Of a DNA stretch of 64,000 nt, positions 22,101-37,100 are shown piece after piece. Where the stretch lies: NCBI GenBank assembly GCA_000004985.1, contig GG738873.1; one strand, given 5' to 3'. This stretch comes from Naegleria gruberi (taxonomy: Eukaryota). The position numbers were made by a program, and so were the translations under genes. The notes beneath the pieces were generated by a model. That model searched no databases and was not told where the DNA came from. It saw only the letters and a list, made by a program, of their open reading frames with translations. Position 1 is the first letter of the stretch; each line of letters opens with the position of its first letter.

Positions 22101-25100
22101 GAACCATAATAACCGTCATTGCAAACACAAACATCTGGTTCAGAACACAATCCGCTTGAAGAACAAACTGTTTGCTTGTCTGATGGAATTCCGTGGCAGA
22201 CAGGATATTGACATTCAGGACCACTGTATTGTGAAGTGCAATTACAAACGTTAACAGCAACACAATGACCATGACTATGGCAAGTACTGGAACTGTTGGA
22301 TGAAATATTAAAGCACTTATGGAACTCACAGTCAGAACCATCGTGTTCATTATCGCAAGAACAAGTGCTTTCAAATTCACAAACTCCAAAGCCACTACAG
22401 ACCGTTGTGTCATTACCTCTTTTACCATTACAAAGAACAAGGAAAATATCAGGCAATGCTTCACCCAATGAGAATTCTAAACTATACAAGGAGCCATCCA
22501 ATTTGGCATCAGAAACACCTGGTTCCGAACCAATTGTGTTTTGTTTTCCCTTGTTGAACACAGTATTTCTTATCCTCCAATCATCTAGCAAAGTTGAGTT
22601 TACTAGTTTTCTAGTACCATCAACAAACAGGCTAGTACCATGGTTTGTGCTCTTAGAGACAGCAACGGTGTGAATATTATTTTCAAAGGTATGTGGTATG
22701 TTGATATGGGATTCTAGACCATCTGACAAATTGAAACTTAATATCAAAGTGTTATTTTTGTAAACTAATTTCCAATCGGCACCACAAGCAAAATTGAATA
22801 GTGTATGAGTTTTTGAAGGAGAACCATTCATTTTGAATGTAAGAGAAACGGTAAAATTGTTAGAAAACCATCTATCGAATGGTTGATAAACTCCAAGCTT
22901 ACCAAGCACATCAGCCTGTCTTATTGAAAGGGAGATATTTGAGGAGGTAGTCACTTCAGTGCCGTACCCATCAGTAGTGTTGTCGTAAGCCACTGCAACG
23001 ATATCATTGTCAGAACCATTTCCAAACACATATTTTCCTTCGACATATATTGACGAGTTGAAAATTATTGTCTTGTACATAGGTTCCTTTGCTGATAATT
23101 TACAGTCATCACCAAAATAAGGACTGGTACAAACACATGTGTCAACATCAATGCAAGCACCATGATTGGAACAAACTTTTGCTGTGTCGTTAGCATACGC
23201 ACCAAAGCATCTTGGAATTTCGCACCAAGTACCAATCCAATCTTTCTTAAGGTTAGGGTCTGTAGCGTTTGTAGGGTTACAAATGCAATTATCAAGGGAG
23301 TCACATTTTCCATGGGCACTGCAAACTTTTATCAGATCGGTATTTAGAATGTTATTACAAAAATGATATTCACATTTTTCACCAGTGTATCCAGTCTTGC
23401 AAAGACAAGTGTGATTATTAGTGCACTCACCATGTTTACTACAAGCAACGTCGTAGGTTTCATTATGGCATTTAGGCTTAGAACAGTAAAGATCTGTCCA
23501 CAAGTCTTCGCAAGTGCAGTTATTCTTATTATGACAAGTACCGTGACCATTACAAACGAATGTACTGTTGGTGTTCATTATATTATTACAAGTAAAGTCT
23601 TGGCAATACTCTCCATAATAATCGCTAAAGCAGTCACATTTGTTGTACTCAATGCATTTACCTCCTTCATCTTTCTTTTTAAACGAACATTGCACGTTAT
23701 TATCGGAAGAAAATGGAATTCCAAAACAAACAGGACCTTCTTGGTCATAACGGCTTTGTAAACTTTGAGGACTATTCTCAATAGAGATGGTGCTATTGAT
23801 AGTCAAAGAGCTAAGTACAGCAGCATCAAACCTCAGGTTGGATATGCTTCCCATAAAGTATGATTCCCTTGTACTTGGATTATAGCCAATCGCTGACATT
23901 ATATGAATATCAATAGTACGTCTCCAAGAGTAGGTTGTATCAGTGTCCACAAAGCAAGTAGAGAACTCATTGTTAAAACAAACTGAAAGTCCGTTACTGG
24001 TAGAATCTTTAGTGACAGAAACAAAGTAGTATCTATTATATTTCAATAAGTTGCTAACCGATCTAGTTGTGTATTGATCAGTTAGAGACAGTGTAAATCC
24101 ATCAATGGATTCAGTTGCAACTAGCTGCCAGTAGCTTGGAGATCCCATGTAAATAACTGTTTGGGAAGAATTTCCATCCTTCTTTTCTTTCTTCAGCCAC
24201 AAAGTAACGGTGAAATCGTTGTGGAAGAAAACCATGTTTGAATCATGGGCAATGTCAATCTTTGATGATGATCCATCAAAGTAAATACCACTTCTATTTG
24301 AGTTTAACCCATTTGTAGTAATACAATTTTCGCACTCCAATTCTTCGTTGCAATACTTGGATTTTAGACTGTCTGTTTCTTGAACGAGATGTCCTCTTAT
24401 GAATGTCGAATAACCTTGTGTAGTCAAGTTATTGAAATCATACACTTGACTTGTGGCAACCAAGCTGCAATCATCAGCAACATATCCCTTCTTACATTCA
24501 CAATTGTCTGTATATACACAAACACCATGTCCAGAACAAACGTCGGAAGACAATGTAGAAATACCGTAACAGGTAGTGTAGTCAGCAAAATCTTGAATGG
24601 CCTGTTTATCTGAAAAGCCTCCTGCAACAAGAGCAATGAACTTGAAGAAACCATTCAAGGAAGTAGAATTAACATTGTTAAAACCGAAATAAGTTTCTGT
24701 TACCGCTACTAGACTTGTAGTTGATGACAATCTTACAGATGGTAAACCATTGATATAAATGGTAACACCTCTCTGCTTTGACTTTACAAGCGTTACAACC
24801 ACAACAGAGTTGTCAGAAGGTACAACATTATTGTCTGTTTCCACTGTTTCAATTTCAGATTTGTTACTGTTCAAATAGCCAATATATCTAATCGAATTGA
24901 GTGGAGTCTTTTCCAAGAAGAAATTTGATGAGACTATTGGCTGGGCTTGGGTAGATGTATTATCAAATGAAAGTACTATTGTAAATGAAAATTCAGTTTT
25001 GATATTGAAAGGAGAGTTTAAATAAGGTGTAAAGTAGCTATTTTCTCCGTTAAATATAGCACCCTTGTTGTTTGTTATGGTTGCATTGTTGATTATCATT

Positions 25101-28100
25101 TGGAAGAGACTGTCTCGGTCAATTACTACTTTGTCCTCAAGGATTGCTTTTGGGTACCCTATTGGTTGGTCAGCAAGAGCAAAAACAATTCTGTCTCCAT
25201 CTCTTAGCGAAACAGAGGAAATAGACAATTTTGGTAATGTTGAAAGTAAATTACAGAATGGTGCACAGGACAGGGTTGGTGTTGAATTTGTGCTTGAAAA
25301 GAAATCTGATGCATTATCAGTTGTACAGACACCATCAGTAGTATTGCATGTGGTCTTACTTGAATCTACTTGACAATTGGATCCAACGTAAGGAGTTTTG
25401 CATTCACATTTATCTGGAGCAGAACAATATCCTTTACCTGAGCAAACTGTTTTTTCATCTTCAGCTGAAACACCAAAACACAACGGAGTTTGGCACTCTT
25501 CACCAGTGTAATTACCATTACAGACACATACATTTCCACCAAAGCAAACTCCATTATGGCTGCACACAGAACTTTCAAGTTGGGAAATTCCAAAACATGT
25601 AAACAAACTAGTATCCACCCCAGAATAGTTGATTGGATCTATTCTGATAAGGATGAGAGATTCTAAAGTTCCGTTCAAATAAATAGGCAAGTCATTCACC
25701 AAGTCATAACCCACAAAGCTTTCACTTGTCAAAGAAGGATTTAAGGCTAGGAATTCTGGAACACCTCCAAAGAGTCCAAGAGGATTACCGTTTACCAGAA
25801 CAGTTGTCACGTAACTTTTAACAACATTTACATGGTACAGTAAACCAGTGTATGGAATGGCATCCTCTACGGTTAAGGTAATTGGCGATAGAGATGTTTC
25901 ACTAATTCCTTGGATAACAAGAGAAGACCCATCCAAAAAGACTTTCCAGTAGCCTCCATCTTTGAGACTTATGATTGGTTGGATTCCTCCCAAAGATTGA
26001 AGTCTAATATCAAAAGACAAACTAAAGTCATCAGAAAACAAGGTCAAAGGAGACGGATCTTCCAAAATATCGAAGATGACAGATGATTTACCAAATTGTA
26101 AATAACCATTGTTATCAAAAGAAGGATTCTCCACCATTAGGTTAACATGATAAGCTAAATCAAGCAATATTCCGTACATAGGGGCATTAATATCGAAAGA
26201 GTGTGTCAAATTCGAATTTACCACCAATGAGGTATTGTAAGAGATGAACTTGGAGTGTGGTGTATAAACCAAACGATAGTATGGATTTTCTTCCAATGTG
26301 GTTGTTTGGGTAGTCTTAATTTTTTCAATGTAAGAGTTGTCAACTTGACAGTTATTGCCGGAATACCCTACTTTACATTTACAAAAGTCTGGTTTAGTAC
26401 AAGTTCCCTTTCCAGAGCAAACATTCTTATCTTGTGATTGAACTTTGAAACATATTGGGTACTTGCAGTTAGTTCCATAATAACCAACTTTACAAGTGTT
26501 AACAGTGGTATTGACCACACTTGGCTTTGCAGTTGGGTTTGTCGATAATCCACAAAACATGGCTTCAGCGGTAGTTTTTGTATTGTTACAATCAATACCA
26601 ACCTCTATCGTTCCATTGTTAGTCTTATTCAAGTAGTTACTTGGATCATCTAGAGTACAATTAGGATTTCCTTTACATAGAGTGTTTGTAACATCAATAG
26701 AACAGTTTGCTCCAATAAATCCAGGATTACAGGCACATGTATCAGGTGCCTCACAAAGTCCTTTACCAGAACAAACTCTCTTATCATCCGAAGCAATACC
26801 AAAACAAACTGGAGTAGAGCATTTAGAGCCAGTATAATTAGAATTACAGGAACAAACATCCAAACCATAACATTTACCATGGCCATTACAAACTGATGGT
26901 TCAAGTAAAAATGTACCATCACAAGTAAATGCTCTATCAAGTATGTCAGTTGGTGATTGTGGTGTTGAAGCAACAACTATCTTACGTATTTGACCCATAA
27001 AATGTGATTCCTTTCCATCCACAAAGTTATAGCCTATTCTTGCACCCATATCTTTACCTGCCATTGTATTCTTATAGTCTCTACTGAATACAGAGGTGAA
27101 AACTTCCTTATTATTTACAACAACAGATGTACCACTTATGGACGATTTGGTGATTAATATAGAGTAGGGCACATGTTCTACCTCTATTACATATGGAATT
27201 GATATTACTTCAGGTTTTATCAACTCTTTGGTATTACCTTCAATAAACAACACACGGTCAAGCAAGTAAATGTTAAAAGCTGCAACATCAGAAACGAAAA
27301 GTATAGGACTAATTGCTTCGAAACTGTCAATTGTCAGATCTATGTAAATAACGAAATCGTTGATGAATGGGACAAACAGTTTTGAGGTTGGGATGTCCAT
27401 TTTTGCAAGTTTGGGAACAATATAGCTGGCACTATCCACGGACAAGCCTGAAATTTGAACAGTTGTTGAATTTCTAAGTTCAACTAAATTACCAGTTTCG
27501 TCTAAATAAGCTTTGTGAAGCATAAACCTGATGTACGGAATTGTATTATTGCTACTGTCAGGAAGATTAGTTTTTGTAAGGTTATTTGCGGTTAAGTTGT
27601 TGTTTGTAAAGTTACTACTTGTAACATTGTCAAATGTGAAATTGCCCCTACTATTTGTATAGTTATTATATGTGAAATTACCAATTGTAATATTATTGCT
27701 TGTAAAGTTACTAATTGTAAAGTTACTAATTGTAATGTTATCACTCGTAAGGTTACGGATTGTTAAATTAGTATATGTGAAATTACCAATTGTAATGTTA
27801 TCACTTGTAAAGTTACTATTTGTAAAGTTACCAATTGTAATATTATCACTCGTAAGGTTAGTGTTTGTAAAGTTACTGCTTGTTGAATTAGTATATGTGT
27901 AATTACCAATTGTAATATTATCACTTGTAAAGTTACTATTTGTAAAGTTACTGATCGTTAAATTAGTATATGTGTAATTACCACTTGTGGTATTCTCATA
28001 TGTAAAATTATAATAGGTAAAATTGTTGAGTGTCAAATTCGGTATTTCCGTAATTCTCATCACCTCGTTTTCTGGATAATTTGCATCATTTTGGCAATTT

Positions 28101-31100
28101 TGTCCCGTAATAGAATTTCTAAAACATTTACAAAAATCAGGCTTGGTACAATTACCATTTCCACTGCAAACAAGTGGATCTTCTGATTTAACACCAAAAC
28201 AAATTGGTAAAGAACAATTTGATCCATAATATCCTTCTCTGCAAGTGGTTACATTTAAGAGACCTGTTGCATTCTTCTTGGAGCAAAGATACAAATTATC
28301 ACCTGTTGGGTTTGTACAATCAATTTCAAGATCAAGAGTTCCATTAATCTTTGTATTATTACATTTACCTTCAGGATTGGTACATGTCGCCATACTAACA
28401 TTTGTTTGACACTGTGTGCCAATAAAACCAACTTTGCAAGAACATTGATTTGGTTTCTCACAATAACCATTTCCTGAACAAACCTTAGAAAAAGTGGCAG
28501 GAATATTAAAACAAACTGGAATATTGCAGATTGAACCAATGTAAGTGACATTACAGATACAATTATCATAACCAACACATTTACCATTACCACTACAAAC
28601 TTTTGGTGAGGTCATAGATATATTTGCACAGGTGAAAGATTTGTCATTCTTTGGAGGATATTGCGGATCTTCAATAGGTGGAAGATTATCATTGAGTGCA
28701 ATTTCAATCAAATCTAAAGTTCCTGAAAATCCAATAGTGGATCCATCATCCAAAATATCAAAACCAATGTAGCTGTCTCTATTTTGATTCAATGTATCAA
28801 TATAATCATAACTGAAAACACTATTATAACAACGTTTGTTGTTGATGTATACTTGTGTCCCCATTGATTTTGATTTCATTATGAATACATCATAAACCTG
28901 ACCTATTAACTCAATTTCATTTGGTACAGAGATTATATAAGGAAGAGGAGAATCTAAAATACTGGCCTTAATAACCAATGTCGTTCCTGTCAAATAAATA
29001 TTGAAAGAGGCACCACTTTGTATGTTCATGATAGGATTGTATGATTTAAACTCTGTTGGTGAAATTGAGAATGAAACGTAAAAGTTGTTGGTAAATAAGT
29101 AAAGAATTGAAATGACATTGTTGGTATTCAATATTATTTGAGTTCCATCTTTGAATGAAATTATGTTATCTTGATCAATTACCAAATTCTTTACAAGTAC
29201 CTTCATTTCACTTCCAAGCTCTTCAATATACATATTACCATCAATGTCTGGTTCACTTATATAAAGAGGATCAATAACAAGTCTAAAACTAGTAAGGTTT
29301 TGTTTCAATTCATTTTGTAAATTAGTAATATTTTGTAGTAATTCAATATTTACACCACAATCTAATCTTGTAAATGTTGAATTAAAACATTTACAAAAAT
29401 CAGGCTTGATACAATTACCATTTCCACTGCAAACAAGTGGATCTTCTGATTTAACACCAAAACAAATTGGTAAAGAACAATTTGATCCATAATATCCTTC
29501 TCTGCAAGTGGTTACATTTAAGAGACCTGTTGCATTCTTCTTGGAGCAAAGATACAAATTATCACCTGTTGGGTTTGTACAATCAATTTCAAGATCAAGA
29601 GGTGTATTAATAGTTGTACAGTTACCTTCAGGATCCATACATGTTGTCATAGAAAGGTCTGTTTGACATTGTGTACCAATAAAACCAACTTTGCAAGAAC
29701 ATTGATTTGGTTTCTCACAATAACCATTTCCTGAACAAACGTTAGGTAAAGTTGCCGGGACAGTAAAACAAACTGGTATGTCGCAATATTTACCAATATA
29801 AATCCCATTACATTCACACAAATCATTACCATAACATTTTCCATTGCTATTACATGCTTTTGGTGATGTCAAGTAAATACCATTACAAGAGTAAGCAAGT
29901 TGGTCGTTCACAATTGCTAATATTTGTGAGTAATTATTACTACCTATTTTGGACATTTGGATATCATCAATAGTGCCAGAAAATGTGATTTTGTTACCAT
30001 CTTTAAAATCAATACCAACATAACTATTGGCAGTTTTGTTAGAAAGTGAGGTCAAAAAGCTGTAACTGAAAACACTATTGTACTCCTCATGTCCATTAAT
30101 ATAAACTTGAGTTCCGTCTTCAAATGATTTCATAATCAAAACAGAATATTCAATGTTAGTGAATTCAATACCATTAGGAACTAGCTGTACTATTGGATAG
30201 GGGAATTCTACAGTCAAGCCTTCAATGGCTAAAGTTGTGCCCATCAAGTAAATACTGAAGCAGGCCCCACTAGTAATATTCATTATTGGATTGTAGTCTT
30301 TGAATTCAGTAACCACAATCTTGAAGGAAATGTAAAAATCATTGGTGTACGTGTATAAGGGAGAAATAGTATTGTATGTACTGATGATTAAACCACTTCC
30401 GTTTTCGAAAGAAATTGTACCATTAGAGACAACAATGTCAACAACGGTAATCTTTAAAGATCCACCCAATTCCTCTAGCACAGCAGTGTCTGTATCAACA
30501 GCGAGCAATTTTCTTCGAGTACTAAACTTTTGACTGCCAGAGCTTGGATAAGTGGTATTTTTTACAAATGTTGGGCTAACTTTTAATCTAAAACTATAGT
30601 CAGGATATTCTGTTCTCATGTTGTACTGGATTTTAATCAACTCTTTAATGTATTCGTTATCAACACCACAATCTCTTCTAGAGAACGTTGAGTTATAACA
30701 ACGACAATAATCAGGTTTTGTACAATTACCATTTCCATTGCAAACAAGTGGATCTTCTGATTTAACACCAAAACAAATTGGTAAAGAACAATTTGATCCA
30801 TAATATCCTCGTGGGCAAGGGTTACCGGGCAATAAAGGTAACGCAACAGATTTACCACCACAAAGATAAATTTCTGTATCAGTTTGTGGATTGGAACAAT
30901 CGTATTCGTTAATATATTTTCGAGTTCTAAAATACTTTGTTGGGTCATTTGCAAAACAATCACCATTTACGTCTGTGCAAGTTGTTGCACTTAGATCTGT
31001 TTGGCATTGTTCACCAGCATATCCAACCTTGCAAGCACAAAAACCTGGTTTCTCACAGTGTCCATTTCCAGAGCAAACCTGAGAACAGTCAGCGGAAATA

Positions 31101-34100
31101 CCAAAGCAGACTGGAATATCACAATTTGATCCTGTGAAGTTTCTGTTGCATTCACAAACGTTATTACCATAGCATTTACCATTAGAATTACAAACTTGAG
31201 GGGATGTCAAGTAAATTCCTGCACAGAAGTGTCCCTTATTCTCTCTGAGTAAATTAGCTACTTCAACCGAGGATAATCCGAGGTTGCTGCCGATTTGAAT
31301 ATCATCAATATAGCCATTTAAACTTATTTTATGGCCTTCCTTAATGTCAAATCCAATAAAACTATCAGCATTTTGTTGGGGTAAAGTAACAACAAAGTCA
31401 TAGCTAAATGGAGTAGAATACCTCAATACCCCATTAACAAATACTTGAGTACCTGTGCTAGTTGATTTGGTTATTAATATTGAATATATCTGATTTTCAA
31501 CTTCAACTTCTCCATGAACAGAAATAATGAACGGGGAAAGTTCAATTGTATGGCCTTCAAAAACCAATGTGGTTCCAATTAGATATATGCTAAATGAAGC
31601 CCCACTAGTAATGTTCATGATAGGATTGTAATCAGTAAATTCTTCAATTATCAATTTGAAAGATATATAGTAGTCATTAGTAAATAGATATAAAGGGGTA
31701 ATGTTTGTCTTTGTGTGCATTATGACCTCAGTACCATTACGGAAAGAAATTGAATTATTATTCAAAACAAGGTTATTGATTTGGATAGTCATATTACCGC
31801 CCAGTTCTTGCAAATATTTCTTGTCAGCAGTAGTGAACATAAAGTCCGAACTAAGTTTAAGTCTGAAAGAATAGTTGGTATCGTTGGCCTTCAAAAGTTG
31901 TTGAATAGTGTATAATTCTTGTAAAAAGGTAGCATTATTACCACAGTTTTGTCCGCTTATGGAGGATTCAAAACATTTGCAAAAATCAGGCTTAGTACAA
32001 TTACCATTTCCATTGCAAACAAGTGGATCTTCTGATTTAACACCAAAACAAATTGGTAAGGAACAATTTGATCCATAATATCCTTCTCTACAAATACTGA
32101 CATTGCTAAAAACAGGAGATCCAACCAACATTGTTTGCCCACAAGCATAAATGTCTTGACTATTTTTGCAATCAGGTGAGCTGGAGGTAAAATTCAAGCC
32201 CTTACTTGCAATGTAATTAGTGGCATTGTTGGAAGCACAATTACCCTCTGGATCTGTACATGTTGACTTAATTAGTTCAGTTTGGCATTTAGACCCTACA
32301 AACCCAACATTACACTCACAGATGTTTGGCTTTATACAAACACCATGTCCTGAACATACACCGGCATCATTGCTAACTATATTGAAACACATTGGAAGAG
32401 AACAAGAAAGTCCTGAATAGTTAGAGTTACATATACAAACATCAAAGCCGTTACAAACACCATTTCCGTTACATACTTTTGTCGAATTCATGTGAATTCC
32501 GTTACACTTGAAAGCACCTCCAATTGCAGCAATATTGGTAATTTCAGACTCTTGCATTCCGTAAACTCCAAAAATCATGAGCTCGTCTATGTAACCATGA
32601 GAAGGAGAAAAACCAACAGAACTGTAGGTGTTTTGAGATTCGTTCACAGAAATGTAATCATCATAGTGTTCAAATATATAATCTGGAGTAGACTTTCCAT
32701 CCAAGTACACTCTGGTACCTAAAGAGCTTGATTTAACAACCAAAATCTTGTACCATTTGTCTAAAGTTTCAATCATCGGTGTCAACAGCGTTTGCTCTTG
32801 CACCAAATTTGTCTGGGTTCCATTTATATATAGTTTAGTTCCTTGTAAGTAAAGGAACCAGTTAGCAAGATTGTTGATTGAAATAATATGTTTAACAGTA
32901 TTGTCTATACTGGTAAGGTAAATCTTGAAAGATATTGCAAAGTCATTCACTGTCCTTCTTGTTAAAGCACAAGGAACATTTGAATCTAACATTGATTTAT
33001 CATTTGCTGCAAGTTGATGAAGAGAAGTGTTTGTTTGTGAGGAAATTGCAAAACCCATAGAATAGGTTTCTTGTCCACAGGTGGACAGCTCTTCATAGGC
33101 AGCATTTGTATAGTTTGAATCAATTTGACAGTTGTGACCATGGAAGCCAGAATAACATAAACAAAAATTCTTATATTTACAACTTCCATGCCCACTACAA
33201 ACATTATGATCTTCCTGTTTAACTCCAAAACACATTGGCTTGCATCTATAGGTAACATTAGGGTCTTGATAATAGCCTTCTTCACATACTGTGATATTAT
33301 AAGTTGTATTTGCTGTTATGTGAGCATCAAGAATTAGCTGTTTACAAGCTGCACTGGGAGCGACAGAGGATAAACATTCTTGAACTGTTTGATCTACAAC
33401 AGTATCAGGTTTTACAAAGCCATTTGGAAACTCAATTGGATTATAAGCTCCAGTTTCGTTTATCACACTTAGGTTGTTATGGATAAAAAACGCTTGAGGA
33501 TCTACACTATCCACAGCAGTTCCATTTTCATTGTGAACATATAAAATTGCATTATTGATTTGACACTCCAATCCTGTGAAAGAAAGGTCACATTTGCATT
33601 CATCGGTACTATGACAATCACCATGGCCTGAACAAACAGAAACGTTAGTTGCCGAGACGTTGTGGCAAAAAGGAACTTGGCAATTATTACCTTCACTATA
33701 AACACACTCACATAAATCTCTACCTAAACATAATCCTTTTCCTGAACAAACAATTGGACTATCATATCTAATACCATTACAATACCAAAGAGAAGATATT
33801 TCTTCAGTCATATTATAGGAAAACCAAAGAAGTTCAATATAGCCTTCCAATGCCAAGTCGCCAACATAACTTTCACCCTTAGTGTTGGTAACAAGATCCT
33901 CAGTAATGGTAGTGTCATTAAAAATGACATTACTATCAATAGAAATAGTTAAACCTCGTTCTGATGATTTGGTAATTTGAAATTCGTATAAATGATTTGG
34001 TAAAATGAGAGAAAGGCCTAATATAATAGTTTTTGATTTGAGTGATCCTTGCTTAGTTTCAAATATTAAATCATTTCCATTAGTAGAAAGTTTCCAACCG

Positions 34101-37100
34101 GCAATGTTATTCAAGTCTAGCAAAGTTTGGTTTCCATCTAAGGTGAAAAATAACACCCTAACAGTAACTTGGAAATTATTGTAGAGAATGATATATGGTG
34201 AGTTAGTGTTACCACTTGCCAGTGTTGCCCTCAAGCAGCCCTTATTATCACTAGCCGATTGATAGTCTTTCAAATTGTACATTGCATCCAATCCTCGAAC
34301 CTCAGCACCTAACATATATTTGTTGTCGAATATATTACGCAAGCTGAACGATTCTCCGTATGTTGCGATTATGGATTCAAAAATAGTGTCTTTGATTGCG
34401 CAATTGGACCCACTGTATCCAAAATCACAAGTACAGTTATTAAGACCATCACATTGTCCGTGACCACTACAAACTTCAGAAGTGTTGCTACCTATTCCGA
34501 AACATGTTGTATTTTCGCATTTATCTCCAGAGTAACCATCTTTACATTCACACAAGCTTTCACCGATGCAAATGCCTCTATTGTTGCAAACTGTTGGGTT
34601 TTTATCTCCATGGCAACCCACAGCACTATAAAAACCTTTTTTGAGGTGATAATCCTGATAGTCAAAAAAGGCAATAGCAACATTGTCTACAAGTCCATTA
34701 AGGTAACTGTCACCTCTGATACTCATACCAATAGTAGAACTCTGTGTTTGGTTTTGTCTTTTGTTAAACTTTGAGGTAAAAGTAGAATTAATATACACGT
34801 CTGTTGTATTAGCAACAAGCTTCAACCCTTGAGACGAGCTTTTCACAAGGGCCAAATAGAAAGGATAAGTGCTGACACTATATTGTGAGACAATTACTGA
34901 GTCGTCATATAATTTTAGTTTCAAAATGTTGTCAGTGTCAACAAATAATTCCCATGTTGTATCATCATCGTTGAACACAATGGTTTGGCGAGAACCTAAT
35001 ACATTCATCTTAAGCCAAAAGGCAACAGAAAAATCATTCGAAAGGCTAGTGAACATGGAGTATCCTGAGAATACAGAGTAGGATTGGCCAGAAAGGAGCA
35101 AAGCACTCCCCCCACCAGGTAAAAAACTGTTGGTGTAGCTTGCATTGTAAAACACAGAAGTGAAGTTGTAATTCTTGTCTAAAAAGTACATTCTATTTGG
35201 GCCAGTTGAGATAGGATTATTAAAATCATAAAAAGTAATTTTAGATGGTGATCTTTGGGTTTCCTTTAGATACTTCAAATAAAAATCAGTTCTGGCAAAA
35301 GAGAAGGCACAAACAGAAAATTCTGCAGTAAGAAAATCTCCAACAGATTGACAAGGTACGGGGTCATTGGATGAGGAAGGCAATGTGCCACCTAGTGAGT
35401 AACCAGAACTAGATTGGCTATCATCGAATTGTTGAGAGCAACCACCCTGTAAGTTTAGTGGACAAATTGGCTTGGAACCATTCAAGTCCAACTCCAACAG
35501 TTTTTCACATTCTAAACCTTCATAGTTAGGGTTACAAGTACAATTATCGTAGTTAACACATTTACCTCTACCACTGCAAACATCAGAGCTGTTGCCATTA
35601 ATTCCGAAACAAGTGTATATGGGGAAATCGCAAACTGTAGCATGATATGGTTCAGAGCATCTGCACTCATCAGAACCAATACAAATACCATTGTAATTAC
35701 AGTACTTATCAGCTTCCATTTGTTCTATTCCTTGACATTGCCATTCTCGTTCAATATCTCTCAACACAATGGATGAAGAATTGAATTTCCAAATTATTAA
35801 CCTGTCCAGAACACCTTCGAAGAAATTACCTTTTGTTTGAGGGTTGACCCCAATTGTGGAGTTATCTGCCTCAATACTCGGATCTACCAATTTGTGAAAA
35901 TCTTCGACTCTTTTATAATCATAAATTGCAATTTTACCATTGACTTCAATCGTTAAGCCATCCAAAGAGCTCTTCTTGATGTAAATATCATAATCGCCAA
36001 TTTCATCATTTTTTGGAGGTATTGACTCAGATTTGTGAGTAATAATTTGTACCTGTGCATTATTTGCATTGTGGTTTGTTGATTGGAAAATAAACTCCCT
36101 CTTATTGGACATTAATAATCTCCAGTATGAACCATCAGAAACATGGATTATTTCGTGATATATTGTTTCAATAAATTGTGCCACCGTAGAAGATCTAATT
36201 TTAAGGTTCAACACAAAATTATTTCTTAAATGTCTGAAAGGAGAGTTATTGCCGGATATGTCAATGAAATTTTTTCCGTCTAGTTTGAGAAAACCACCAA
36301 TATCACTTTGCACATCTCCAACCATAGAAAAATTACAATTACCTCTTAATTCTCCCAAAGAATCGTTGTAAGGCAAGTATTTGCGATTGAACATCCACTT
36401 GAGAGTATAACTATCTCCAAATATTGTTTGGTTAACTGTAGTTGGGATGAGCAAGAAACTACAATTGTTACCATAATGGAGATTGTCACAGAGGCATGAA
36501 TCTGTGTCAACACAAGTACCAAATCCAGAGCAAACCGCTTGTTGGGTAGATTGTATTCCAAAACAAGTTGAAATTGAACAATCAGGTCCAAGGTATTGTG
36601 GAAGACATTCACACAAGTACTCCCCAACACATTCACCTCCTCTACACAAATCTGGGTTATTAACAAACAAAGAATTATGGCAACCATGACCTTTCCATTT
36701 CATCTTCGTTAGCAAACGGTTAATTGAGAGGTTATCAACCCCAGCATAAAAGAAAGCATAAAATTCATCAAGATATCCATGAAATTGACCAGACATAGAA
36801 TTTAAATCATAACCAATAGAGCTTCTTTGAGAATTAGAGGAACTGGGTCTAGTATTTGACGAAAAGGAACCAGTTATATCTACCCTTTGCAAACATTGTT
36901 TTCCATCGATGTAAATACGTAATCCAGTAACAGAAGATTTGGAAATAAAAACATGGCTAAAAGAGCTAGTTAGTTTCTCGACAGTGTCAAAACAACGTGA
37001 ACCACAAATTTCAACTCCATCAACGTTGACACAAAGCTCAGGACTTCCTTCTAACAGTTTAAGAATAAGGTTCCATTTTGTTACTGTATAGTTTACAGAT

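Noticed and set aside
27560-28040. Short direct repeats with variable spacers that superficially resemble a CRISPR array
   Set aside because: They lie inside a long open reading frame, the units are imperfect and of variable length, and they translate into an NxT sequon array, so this is a coding minisatellite and not CRISPR.
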